Position numbers and translations under genes: made by a program. Under the pieces are notes generated by a model, which was not told the DNA's origin, ran no database searches, and was given only the letters and a program-made list of their open reading frames with translations. From Vicinamibacterales bacterium (GTDB taxonomy: Bacteria; Acidobacteriota; Vicinamibacteria; Vicinamibacterales; UBA8438), in assembly GCA_965261285.1 (NCBI GenBank), contig OZ253457.1:2857396-2921395 (forward strand): a stretch of 64,000 nucleotides of DNA. The letters run 5' to 3'. This document shows, in pieces, positions 35,530 through 44,574 of the stretch (positions are counted from its first letter, which is position 1; each line of letters begins with the position of its first letter).

Positions 35530-37959
35530 GTGAGAGTGCATGTTCGTCGTCGTGAGGCCCTTCGTTTCGCTTCGGCCGCGCTCGTCGCGGCCGGATTGTT
35601 CGCAGCAAGTCCCGCAACCGCGCTCGGCCAGGCCGGCTCCATTCAGGGAACCGTCGTCGCCGAGGACGGCGGCGCGCCCCTGCCCGCCGCCCTCGTGGTC
35701 CTGGACGGCACGGGAATGTCGGCCACCTCGGGACCGGACGGCGCGTTCGTCATCGACGGCGTCGCCTCCGGCACCTACCAGTTGACCGTCACGCGGGAGG
35801 CCTTCGCGACGCTCACGTCGCCGGTGACGGTGGCGGCGGGGCAGCTCGTGCGGGTCGACCTCGAGCTCCCGGTGCTGGAGTTCGAGGACAGCGTGGTGGT
35901 GACCGCGACCCAGACCGAACGCGCGCTCACCGAGGTCGCGGCCAGCGTCACCGTCCTCGACGCGGAGACCATCGAGGCGTCGCCGGCCCGCAACCTGCAG
36001 GACCTCCTGCGCCGGACGCCGGGCATCGACTTCGTCGAGCGGTCGGGGATGGCGGCCCGGGCCAACTCGATGCTCGTCGTACGGGGCGTCCCGGGCACCA
36101 AGCGGGCGCTCTTCCTCGTCGACGGGCTCCCCGCCAACGACCTCGGCACCGGCACCCTGGCCGAGCTGAACCTGGTGCAGGTGCAGTCGGTCGAGCAGGT
36201 CGAGGTCGTTCGCGGCCCCTTCTCCAGCCTCTACGGGGCGAACGCCTTCGCCGGCGCCATCAACGCCATCACCCGGCAGGGGGCGGGGCCGCCGACCGCC
36301 GACTTCTTCGCGAGCGGGGGAAACTCGGGCTACTACCAGTTCGGCGGGTCGACCCGCGGAGAATCGGGGCCCGTCGGCTACTCGTTCACGGCCGACCGCC
36401 GACGCATCGACAACGTCTACAACCGCGACACGCGCATCAGCGGCTCGCGCGAGCTCCCGCTGCAGAACGTCGGCTACGAGGACGTGCGCCTGAGCGGCCG
36501 GCTCGACTTCGCCCCCGCCGACGGGTGGACGGCGACGCTGCTGCCGCGCATCTCGCGCTACACGTCCGGGCTCGACGTCACGGGGCGCCTGCCGGTGGCC
36601 GTCGACGAGAACAGGACCGGCACGTCGGTGAACTTCGGCGCCGTCCTTCGCCACCGGGGCGCCGGCCCGCTGGCGGCGCAGCTCAAGGTCAGCCAGCGCG
36701 ACCTGCGCTCACACATCTTCCAGGAGAACTACACGCGCACGCCGACGCGGCAGACGACCATCGTCGGGCTCCCCGGATCGGGCCTCAGCGAGTCGGTCGA
36801 GCGCGGCTCCCACCCCTTCGCGGCCCTCACCGACCGGGACACGGCAATCCAGAGCACGCTCATCGAGCCGCAGCTCACCTGGACGCCGAGCCTGAGCCAC
36901 TCCGTCGTCTTCGGGGCCACCTACGTCCACGACCGCGGCAACTTCGGCGACAGCCTCATCGTCGACCGCACCAACCTGCTCGGCTCGGACGCCGACCTCG
37001 CGGCGGAGGCCATGGGCCTGCAGGCCGAGCTTCTCGCCGCCGGCGCCGTCAATCCGTTCGTCAGCATCGTCCGCGACCCGCCGCTCGGCGACGTCTTTCC
37101 CCTGTCGGACGGGTCCCGGGAGCTGTTCCACGTCGCGGCGGCCTACGTGCAGGACGAGTGGGACGTGGCGGACAGGGTGCGGCTCGTCCCCGGCCTGCGG
37201 TTCGACTATCACTCCCGGTTCGGCACCGTCGCCTCGCCGAAGGTCGCGCTGCTGTACTCCATCACGCCGTCGACGCGCGTCCGCACGTCGGCCGGCCGCG
37301 CGTTCCGGGCGCCGAGCCTGTCGGAGCTCTTCGGAAACGTCGTCTTCCACGGGACCACGCCCGGCTTCCCCAACCCCGACCTCAGGCCCGAGTACATCAT
37401 CTCGTTCGACGGGGGCATCCAGCACGAGGTGAGCCGCGCGTTCCGGACCGAGATGAACGTCTTCCACAACGACATGACGGACCTCGTCCAGCTCATCGCC
37501 TCGGCCGACCGCAGCTACTTCGACTGGGTCAACGTCGCCGAGGCCCGCTCGACCGGCGTCGAGCTGGTGGCGAACGGGCAGGCCGCCGACTGGCTCGAGT
37601 ACTACGGCAACTACACGTACACGGACAGCGAGGACCTGGCCACCGGGAACCTGCTGGCCCGCGTGCCGCGGCACAAGGTCAACCTGGGCCTCCAGGTCGG
37701 CGCCCGGCTGGGCTCGTGGCGGCTGACCGGATCCCTCGATCAGCGGTGGGTCGACGAGCGCTTCCAGACGTCGCGGGGCAGGCCGGTGTGGCTCGAGGAG
37801 TACGTCCGCACCGATTTCGGGCTCTACGTCCATCCGAACGACGACCTGCGCGTGGGCGTTCAGGTGCTGAACCTGATGGACGCCTACTACGACGAGTCGC
37901 TGGGGAGCCCGACGGCGGCCCGGATGTACTCGGTGAGCATGTCGGTGACGCCGTTCTAG
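35530..37959 (+). CDS. TonB-dependent outer-membrane receptor 2 with carboxypeptidase-regulatory-like N-domain
   Basis: RBS ggagg 7 nt before GTG 35530. Signal peptide. GSIQGTVVAEDGG...GAFVIDGVASGTYQL. Plug with VEVVRGPFSSLYGANAFAGAINAIT. Terminal ...SVSMSVTPF. Confidence 0.9.
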   Translation: MRVHVRRREALRFASAALVAAGLFAASPATALGQAGSIQGTVVAEDGGAPLPAALVVLDGTGMSATSGPDGAFVIDGVASGTYQLTVTREAFATLTSPVTVAAGQLVRVDLELPVLEFEDSVVVTATQTERALTEVAASVTVLDAETIEASPARNLQDLLRRTPGIDFVERSGMAARANSMLVVRGVPGTKRALFLVDGLPANDLGTGTLAELNLVQVQSVEQVEVVRGPFSSLYGANAFAGAINAITRQGAGPPTADFFASGGNSGYYQFGGSTRGESGPVGYSFTADRRRIDNVYNRDTRISGSRELPLQNVGYEDVRLSGRLDFAPADGWTATLLPRISRYTSGLDVTGRLPVAVDENRTGTSVNFGAVLRHRGAGPLAAQLKVSQRDLRSHIFQENYTRTPTRQTTIVGLPGSGLSESVERGSHPFAALTDRDTAIQSTLIEPQLTWTPSLSHSVVFGATYVHDRGNFGDSLIVDRTNLLGSDADLAAEAMGLQAELLAAGAVNPFVSIVRDPPLGDVFPLSDGSRELFHVAAAYVQDEWDVADRVRLVPGLRFDYHSRFGTVASPKVALLYSITPSTRVRTSAGRAFRAPSLSELFGNVVFHGTTPGFPNPDLRPEYIISFDGGIQHEVSRAFRTEMNVFHNDMTDLVQLIASADRSYFDWVNVAEARSTGVELVANGQAADWLEYYGNYTYTDSEDLATGNLLARVPRHKVNLGLQVGARLGSWRLTGSLDQRWVDERFQTSRGRPVWLEEYVRTDFGLYVHPNDDLRVGVQVLNLMDAYYDESLGSPTAARMYSVSMSVTPF

Positions 37960-38112
37960 GGAGCCCGGGCGAGGAACGACGCGGGCTTCCGGGCAGCGGC
38001 GTTCCTCGCGCCGGGACTTGCGGACCGGCGAACGTCACGACGCGACTGCAAGGACGTGCGGCAACCATTGGCGGACCAGGTGGACGGGGCGGAACGGCAG
38101 AGGAGCAGGGTG

Positions 38113-41100
38113 ATGACGGAAGCGACGAGACGGACGGGCACGCTATTGCGTCTCTTCGGGCCCGCGGCGCGCCGGAGGACGATTCTGCTGGCCGTCCTCG
38201 CGCTGGCCGCGATCGGAACCGCGGCCGGGATCTACCGGCACTTCCTCGCGCCGACCCGGATCGCGTTCGTCAACTTCCGGGGCGTCCAGCTCGCCCGGCT
38301 CGAGAGGGCCCGCGGAGACCAGGCGGTCCGCATCGAGCCGCTCGCCCTCGACGCCCTCCATCGCGCGGCGTCCTACCCGGTCGTGTTCGTGCACGGGCGC
38401 GGGCTGGAGCTGCAGGAGACGCACATCGAGCAGCTTCGCGAGGCGGGGCGGCGCGGCTCACGGCTGTTCGTTCGCGGCGTATCGAACCCCGAGCACGACG
38501 TCACCAACCTGGGGGGGCGGCAGCTCGAGCACGTCGGCGGGTACTTCCGGTTCGGGGGCACGGAAAACTACGCCCGGCTGCTCAACTTCTCCCGCGCCGA
38601 GCTCGACGGCAAGGCGTTCCGGTCGGATCCGGTGCAGCCTCCCGCCGAGCGGGCGATGGACGTGCTCTTCCACCTCGACGACCGCCTGACGTTCGAGACC
38701 GTCGACGCCTTCCGCGCCCACTACGAGGAGCAGGGACTGGCCAAGCCGGGGGCCCCGACCATCGCGCTTCTCACCAGCGTGCCCGGCCCCTTCAACGCGA
38801 ACCGGGACCACGTCGATGCGATCATCGAGGCCCTCGAGGCACGCCAGTGGAACGTCTTCCCGATCGCGAGCAACGACAAGCGGCTCGATTTCCTGCAGGC
38901 GATCGAGCCGGATCTCGTGGTCCTGATGCCCCACGGCCGCCTCTCCCGGGGACGCTCGCGCGAGGCGATCGCGTGGCTCCAGGAGCGGAACATCCCGATG
39001 CTGACGGCCCTGTCCGTCTTCCAGAACCACGACGAGTGGGTCGCCGACCAGCAGGGCATGGCCGGCGGCCTGCTGACCCTCAGCGTGGTGCTGCCCGAGC
39101 TCGACGGCGGGGTCGCGCCCTACGCGGTGGCGGCGGAGTTCGAGGACGAGTACGGCTACGAGATCTTCGACGTGATACCCGAGCGGCTCGAGGTCTTCTG
39201 CGACCTCGTCGAACGGTGGCTGGCCCTGAAGGCCACGCCCAACCGCGACAAGCGCGTGGCCATCTACTACTACAAGGGCCCCGGCAAGAACGCGATGGTC
39301 GCGAGCAACATGGAGGTCGCGCCGAGCCTCCTGAACCTGCTGCGCACGCTGCGCGACGCCGGCTACACGGTCGAGGGGCTGCCGGAGACCGAGGACGAGT
39401 TCTGGGAGATCATCCAGGCGCAGGGGCCGGTGCTCGGGCCGTACGCGCGCGGGGCGTTCGAGGAGTACGTGGCCGAAGGGGACCCCGCCCTCGTGTCCGC
39501 CGCCCAGTACGCGGAATGGACCGAGGAGCACCTCGAGCCGGCGATGCGCGAGGCGGTGGCCGCGGCGTACGGGCCCGCCCCCGGGGAGTACATGACGGTC
39601 GGCAGCGGCGACGACGACGCCATCGCGGTCGCCCGCGCGCAGTTCGGCAACGTGGTCGTCCTCCCGCAGCCGATGCCGGGGGTGGGCGACGACACGTTCC
39701 GCCTCGTGCACGGGACGCTCGAGGCGCCGCCGCATCCCTACGTGGCGTCGTACCTGTGGACCCGGCGCGCGTTCGAGGCCGACGCGGTGATGCACTTCGG
39801 CACCCACGGGAGCCTGGAGTTCCGGCCCTGGAAGCAGATTGCCCTGTCGTCGTTCGACTGGTCGGACGCCCTCATCGGCGGGATCCCGCACGTCTACCTC
39901 TACATCATGAGCAACGTCGGCGAGGGCATCATCGCCAAGCGGCGTTCCTACGCGGCCACCGTCACCCACCTCACCCCGCCCTTCATGGAGGGCGGCCTCT
40001 ACGAGGGGCTGCGCCCGCTGCGCGACCGGCTCGACCGCTACCGCAACACGGCGGACGGCCCGGTGAGGGCGGAGCACGCCAGGACCATCCGGCGCCTCGC
40101 CGCGGACATGGACCTGCACGTGGACCTCGGCCTCGACCCCGAGGGCGCCTGGTCCGACGACGACTACTTCCGCCTGAGCAACCACGTCGAGACGATCGAC
40201 GGGGCGAAGGTCGTGCAGGGCTTCTACACGCTGGGCGAGGCGTTCAACGACGACGAGATCCACGGGACGGCGGAGCTGATGGCGATCGACCCGATCGCCT
40301 ACGGCCTCGCCCGCATCGACATCGCCAAGGGCGTGGCCAAGAGCGACATCCTCGACGACGCGGCGCTCTTCGAACGCCGCTACCGGCAGACCGCGCGGCG
40401 GGCCTACGCGCGGCGGGCGGGCGGAGAGAGCGTCGAGGCGGTGCTGTCGGACCTCGTCTCCCCGGCCGACCTCGAGCAGGCCCACGGGGAATCGAAGCTC
40501 GCGGATCCGCTTCTCGTGCTGAAGGCGGGCGTCGCCGGCGTCGACCGTCACCGGAAGGGCCTGCGCGACAGCTCGGACCTCGAGCTCGAGAGCGTGGCGC
40601 GGGGCCTCGCCGGCGGCTACGTCGAGCCCACGCCCGGGGGCGACCCCATCGTCAACCCCGACGCCGTCCCCACCGGGCGCAACCTCTTCTCCATCGACGC
40701 CGAGCAGACGCCGTCCCGGGAGGCGTGGACGGTGGGGCGCAGGCTGGCCGAGTCTCTCCTCGACGAGCACCGGCGGCGCCACGACGCCTGGCCCCGGAAG
40801 GTCGCGTTCACCCTCTGGCCGACCGACTTCATCGGCACCGAGGGCGCCACCATCGGCCAGATCTTCTACCTGCTCGGGGTCGAGCCGGTCTGGGACCCGC
40901 GCGGGCGGGTCGGCGACCTCCGCCTGATTCCCTCGGCCGACCTCGGCCGGCCCCGCATCGACGTCGTGGTCCAGACCGCCGGCCAGCTCCGCGACCTCGC
41001 CGCCTCGCGCCTCGCCCTCATCAACCGCGCCGTCGCCATGGCGGCCGAGGCGCGCGACGCCGAGACCAACTTCGTGCAGGAGGGACGGCTGCGCGCCGAG

Positions 41101-42177
41101 GAGGTGATGATGGCCAGGGGCCTCTCGCCCGCCGACGCCCGGCGCTACTCGACCCTGCGCGTCTTCGGCGGCGTGAACGGCAACTACGGCACCGCCATCA
41201 TGGGAATGGTCGAGAGCGGCGACCGCTGGGAGGAGGACTCGGAGGTGGCCGACCAGTACCTCCGCAACATGGGCGCCGTCTACGACGAGGGCGAGCTGTG
41301 GAGCTTCTACGCCGAGGGCATGTTCGAGGCGGCCCTCGCCGGCACCGAGATCGTCGTGCAGCCGCGGCAGAGCCACACCTGGGGGGCGCTGAGCCTCGAC
41401 CACGTCTACGAGTTCATGGGCGGGCTGAGCGCGGCCGTCCGCCACGTGACCGGCCGCGACGCCGACGCCTACTTCAACGACTTCCGCAACATGAACCGGC
41501 CGCGGGTGACGGACCTCGAGGAGACGATCTGGACCGAGGCGCGGTCGACGCTGCTGAACCCCGCCTACATCGGGGAGATGCAGGAGGGCGGCGCCTCGTC
41601 GGCCGAGCACTTCGCCGAGACGTTCCGCAACACCTACGGCTGGAACGTCATGAAGCCGGCCGCCATCGACGACGCGCTCTGGAACGAGCTGTACGAGGTG
41701 TACGTCGACGACCGCCACGACCTCGGGGTCCACGACTTCTTCCGGCGGGAGAACCCGTATGCCCTGCAGGAGATGACGGCGGTGATGCTGGAGACGGTGC
41801 GCAAGGGCCTGTGGGAGGCCACCGCGCAACAGGTGGCGGTGCTGGCGGAGCTGCACACCCGGCTGGTGGAGGAGTTCGAGGCGGGCTGCAGCGGCTTCGT
41901 CTGCGACAATGCGGCCCTGGCGTCGTTCATCGCCGAGCAGGCGCCGGCGGACCTCGCGGCGAGCTATCGGAGCGAGCTGCGGCAGGCGCTGACGACGAGC
42001 GTGGAGCTGGCCGAGGCGAGCGTGGTCCTGGCCGAGCAGGACGCGGAGCCGCGGCCGGCCGACGCGGCGGCGGCCCCGCCGACCCCGGCGCGCCTCGCGT
42101 GGCTGGGGGCGGCCCTCGCCGCGGGCCTCTTCGTGCTCGCGCTGCTCGTCCTGCGCCGGCGGCGGAGCACGACCTGA
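38113..42177 (+). CDS. CobN/Mg-chelatase-H-like giant protein 2 (about 1354 aa) with N- and C-terminal transmembrane anchors
   Basis: RBS gaggag with ATG 38113. It has the same CobN blocks as copy 1. N-terminus RRRTILLAVLALAAIGTAAGIY. C-terminus LGAALAAGLFVLALLVLRRRRSTT. It lacks about 220 aa of Ala/Asp/Arg-rich insert present in copy 1. Confidence 0.9.
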   Translation: MTEATRRTGTLLRLFGPAARRRTILLAVLALAAIGTAAGIYRHFLAPTRIAFVNFRGVQLARLERARGDQAVRIEPLALDALHRAASYPVVFVHGRGLELQETHIEQLREAGRRGSRLFVRGVSNPEHDVTNLGGRQLEHVGGYFRFGGTENYARLLNFSRAELDGKAFRSDPVQPPAERAMDVLFHLDDRLTFETVDAFRAHYEEQGLAKPGAPTIALLTSVPGPFNANRDHVDAIIEALEARQWNVFPIASNDKRLDFLQAIEPDLVVLMPHGRLSRGRSREAIAWLQERNIPMLTALSVFQNHDEWVADQQGMAGGLLTLSVVLPELDGGVAPYAVAAEFEDEYGYEIFDVIPERLEVFCDLVERWLALKATPNRDKRVAIYYYKGPGKNAMVASNMEVAPSLLNLLRTLRDAGYTVEGLPETEDEFWEIIQAQGPVLGPYARGAFEEYVAEGDPALVSAAQYAEWTEEHLEPAMREAVAAAYGPAPGEYMTVGSGDDDAIAVARAQFGNVVVLPQPMPGVGDDTFRLVHGTLEAPPHPYVASYLWTRRAFEADAVMHFGTHGSLEFRPWKQIALSSFDWSDALIGGIPHVYLYIMSNVGEGIIAKRRSYAATVTHLTPPFMEGGLYEGLRPLRDRLDRYRNTADGPVRAEHARTIRRLAADMDLHVDLGLDPEGAWSDDDYFRLSNHVETIDGAKVVQGFYTLGEAFNDDEIHGTAELMAIDPIAYGLARIDIAKGVAKSDILDDAALFERRYRQTARRAYARRAGGESVEAVLSDLVSPADLEQAHGESKLADPLLVLKAGVAGVDRHRKGLRDSSDLELESVARGLAGGYVEPTPGGDPIVNPDAVPTGRNLFSIDAEQTPSREAWTVGRRLAESLLDEHRRRHDAWPRKVAFTLWPTDFIGTEGATIGQIFYLLGVEPVWDPRGRVGDLRLIPSADLGRPRIDVVVQTAGQLRDLAASRLALINRAVAMAAEARDAETNFVQEGRLRAEEVMMARGLSPADARRYSTLRVFGGVNGNYGTAIMGMVESGDRWEEDSEVADQYLRNMGAVYDEGELWSFYAEGMFEAALAGTEIVVQPRQSHTWGALSLDHVYEFMGGLSAAVRHVTGRDADAYFNDFRNMNRPRVTDLEETIWTEARSTLLNPAYIGEMQEGGASSAEHFAETFRNTYGWNVMKPAAIDDALWNELYEVYVDDRHDLGVHDFFRRENPYALQEMTAVMLETVRKGLWEATAQQVAVLAELHTRLVEEFEAGCSGFVCDNAALASFIAEQAPADLAASYRSELRQALTTSVELAEASVVLAEQDAEPRPADAAAAPPTPARLAWLGAALAAGLFVLALLVLRRRRSTT
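40541..42177. repeat. 1.64-kb dispersed repeat (copy 2), partner of 30696-32332
   Basis: See copy 1. The offset is a constant 9845 nt. Confidence 0.85.
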
Positions 42178-42440
42178 CGCCCGGAAGCCATGGAGGCGGT
42201 ACTCGACGTCGTCGCCGGAACCGGCGTGGTCCTGCTCCCGTTGCTCGCGCTGCTCGTCCTGCGCCGACGGCAGAGCACGACCTGACGCGTGGAAGCCATG
42301 GAGGCGGTACTCGACGTCGTCGCGGGAACCGGCGTGGTGCTGCTCGCGCAGCTCGTCCTGCGAAGGCGGCGGAGCACGACCTGACGCGTGGAAGCCATGG
42401 AGGCGGTACTCGACGTCGTCGCCGGAACCGGCGTGGTCCT
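42140..42440. repeat. 3-unit tandem echo (108 and 99 bp) spanning the CobN-like 2 stop and the start of the next gene
   Basis: TGA occurs at 42175, 42283 and 42382. ATGGAGGCGGTACTCGAC occurs at 42190, 42298 and 42397. The two upstream copies form in-frame chimeric mini-ORFs of 31 and 28 aa. Confidence 0.9.
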
Positions 42441-43089
42441 GCTCCTGCTGGCGGCGGCGTCCGTCGACCGGCGGTGGGCGCGGGGGCTGGCCGTGGCCGC
42501 GGTCGCCGCCGCCGTCTACGCCCTGCACCCGCTCGCGGTGCGTCAGAGCCTGACCGCGTTCGTCGGCGGGCTCGACGGCGCCGGCGTCCAGACGCTGGCC
42601 GCCCTGCTCGCGTTCGACGGCGTGCTCGGCTGCGGCGGAGTCGCCCTCCTGCTCGGGGCCCGGCACGGCCGGCGGCTGCGCTGGTTCGAGCGGCTGGCGG
42701 CGCGCCACGTCGGGATCATCCCCGCGCCGGCCCTGTTCTACGTGGAGGTGAAGGCGTTCCACGCGGCGTCGGGGTGGACCTTCTCGACCACCGCGCTCGC
42801 GCTGTGCCTCGCCGTCGTCGTCGCGGGCATGGGCGGCAGCGAGGCGATTCGGCGGCTGCTGCCGGACCGGGACCTCCGGGCCGAGCTGCGCCTGCTCGTG
42901 CACGTCGGGCAGGTGGTGCTCGCGGCCGGACTGACCGCGTTCGCGCTGCAGGGGGGAGTTCGGAGCCCCGGGGCCGCGGTCGAGGCCGGGCCCCTCGCCG
43001 TCGTCGCCGCCGCCGCGGCCCTCGGCATCCTCGCCGGCTACTGGAGCCATCGCCGGCGCCTGCGCCGCCTCGCGGACCTGGGACGATGA
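42397..43089 (+). CDS. polytopic inner-membrane protein, unknown family
   Basis: MEAVLDVVAGTGVVLLLLAAA... It has several hydrophobic helices and ends WSHRRRLRRLADLGR. I recognised no motif. Confidence 0.6.
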   Translation: MEAVLDVVAGTGVVLLLLAAASVDRRWARGLAVAAVAAAVYALHPLAVRQSLTAFVGGLDGAGVQTLAALLAFDGVLGCGGVALLLGARHGRRLRWFERLAARHVGIIPAPALFYVEVKAFHAASGWTFSTTALALCLAVVVAGMGGSEAIRRLLPDRDLRAELRLLVHVGQVVLAAGLTAFALQGGVRSPGAAVEAGPLAVVAAAAALGILAGYWSHRRRLRRLADLGR

Positions 43090-43313
43090 TCGAAACAAGG
43101 CTGCCGACTTCGCCCACCCGCGGCCCGTATTCTGAGATTCCCCGCGCTTGGCGTGGGCGGGTAGCTTCCGTCAAGCGTCCTGGGACAGTGCCCGATACAG
43201 GATTGCCGACCTCAACCGAACGCAGCCTGTTGGCGTGGGCGGGTAGCTTCCGTCAAGCGTCCTGGGACAGTGCCCGATACAGGATTGCCGACCTCAACCG
43301 AACGCAGCCTGTT
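43068..43313. repeat. tandem echo of the membrane-protein gene 3' end; the last two 82-bp units are identical
   Basis: Units 43150-43231 and 43232-43313 are identical on reading. They align with decay to the functional end (gcggacctgggacgatgatcgaaacaaggctgccgac versus gcgtcctgggacagtgcccgatacaggattgccgac). Confidence 0.85.
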
Positions 43314-43330
43314 CCCTGCGGGCTGCTGCA

Positions 43331-43482
43331 CCTGGCGCCCGGCAAATGATCTCCGTCGACATCCCTGAACCATGGAGCCGCTGACTCGCGCCCTGTACCT
43401 GCTCTACCTGGCGCCCGGCCAGATGCTCTCCGTCGACATCCCTGAACCATGGAGCTGCTGACACGCGCCCTGTACCTGCTGT
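43331..43482. repeat. 2 x 76-bp tandem duplication of the 5' end of the exbB-like gene
   Basis: cctggcgcccggc...ccctgaaccATGGAG occurs at 43331 and 43407. The upstream ATG (43373) opens a 29-codon uORF that stops 9 nt past the real ATG 43449. Confidence 0.85.
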
Positions 43483-44099
43483 CGACCGGCCTGCTCGTGC
43501 CGGTCATCGTCGTGCTGCTGATTCTCTTCGGCCGGTCGCTGCTGCTCGTCGGGCGCACCTACGGTGCCTGGTTGTCGCGGCTTCGCTTCCGGGCCGCGCT
43601 GCGGCCGCTGCTCGACCGGCTCGACCGCGGCAACGTGGAGGCGGTGCTGCGGGACGCCGACCTCCCCCCCGAGCCGCGGTGGGCGCCGGCCATCGGGCGC
43701 CTGCTCGACCACGGCGCCTCGGCGGCGCAACGCGAGAAGGTGCTCGCCGACTTCGAGGCCGGCTGCGAGACCGATCTCGCGCCGGCGCGGACCATGGCGC
43801 GGCTGGGCCCGATGCTCGGCCTGATGGGCACCCTCATCCCGATGGGCCCCGCCCTCGTCGGACTGGCCGCCGGCGACATCGTGGCGATGGCCGAGAACCT
43901 GCAGGTCGCCTTCTCGACCACCGTCGTGGGGCTCTTCGTCGGGGGCATCGGCTTCGCCGTCCAGCAGGCGAAGCAGCGTTGGCACACCGAGGCGCTCAAC
44001 GATCTCGAGTTCGTGAGCGGCCTCGTCGGCGAGCGGGCGGGCGCGCCCGAAGAGGGGGCGGTTGCCCCCCCGGCCATGCGGCGTTCCGCGCGGGCGTGA
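43449..44099 (+). CDS. MotA/TolQ/ExbB proton-channel family protein
   Basis: LARLGPMLGLMGTLIPMGPALVGLAAGD...LQVAFSTTVVGLFVGGIGFAVQ is the conserved channel core. Confidence 0.85.
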   Translation: MELLTRALYLLSTGLLVPVIVVLLILFGRSLLLVGRTYGAWLSRLRFRAALRPLLDRLDRGNVEAVLRDADLPPEPRWAPAIGRLLDHGASAAQREKVLADFEAGCETDLAPARTMARLGPMLGLMGTLIPMGPALVGLAAGDIVAMAENLQVAFSTTVVGLFVGGIGFAVQQAKQRWHTEALNDLEFVSGLVGERAGAPEEGAVAPPAMRRSARA

Positions 44100-44149
44100 C
44101 TCGTTGGCGAACGCGGGCAGGCGGGGCATGCCCGGAGAAGGAGGATCGA

Positions 44150-44497
44150 ATGGCTGGCAGAAGACGGCGGCGCAGAATCGGCGCCTCGCTCCACGACGAC
44201 AGCGACCCCCTCGGCGCCATCGCGAACCTGTTCGACGTCGCGATGGTCTTCGCGGTGGCCCTCATGGTCGCGATGGTCAGCCGCTGGCAGTTGACGGAGT
44301 TCCTCACGCAGGAGGACTTCACGATGGTCAAGAACCCCGGCACGGCCGAGATGGAGATCATCACGCAGGAGGCGGGCGAGATCACCCGCTACCGGGCCGA
44401 GGACGTGGACGACGCGGCGGGGCGCCGCGGCCGGCGGGTCGGCATCGCCTACCAGCTCGAGAGCGGAGAGATCATCTACGTGCCGGAAGCGCCGTGA
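44150..44497 (+). CDS. DUF2149-like single-pass membrane protein (ExbD-position partner)
   Basis: RBS ggagaaggagga. MAGRRRRRRIG...DPLGAIANLFDVAMVFAVALMVAMV is followed by a soluble tail. This matches my recollection of DUF2149, which usually follows MotA/ExbB-like genes next to CobN-like genes. Confidence 0.7.
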   Translation: MAGRRRRRRIGASLHDDSDPLGAIANLFDVAMVFAVALMVAMVSRWQLTEFLTQEDFTMVKNPGTAEMEIITQEAGEITRYRAEDVDDAAGRRGRRVGIAYQLESGEIIYVPEAP

Positions 44498-44574
44498 CCG
44501 CGGCCCGCGTCGGGCGGGCGGCTATAATCGGCGACATCGAAAGACGGAACGCCAATGGACCCGGGAGGTTTCAG

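Noticed and set aside
27545-42177. Calling the two giants genuine cobN (aerobic cobaltochelatase) genes.
   Set aside because: No cobS/cobT or other cobalamin biosynthesis genes are nearby. Both proteins carry terminal TM anchors. They sit in a TonB-receptor/ExbB-like context, so only 'CobN-like' is supportable.
43150-43313. The identical 82-bp pair considered as a small RNA gene, tRNA-like element or MITE.
   Set aside because: There are no terminal inverted repeats, no tRNA-like arms and no convincing internal structure. The unit aligns to the 3' end of the upstream gene, so it belongs to the echo phenomenon.
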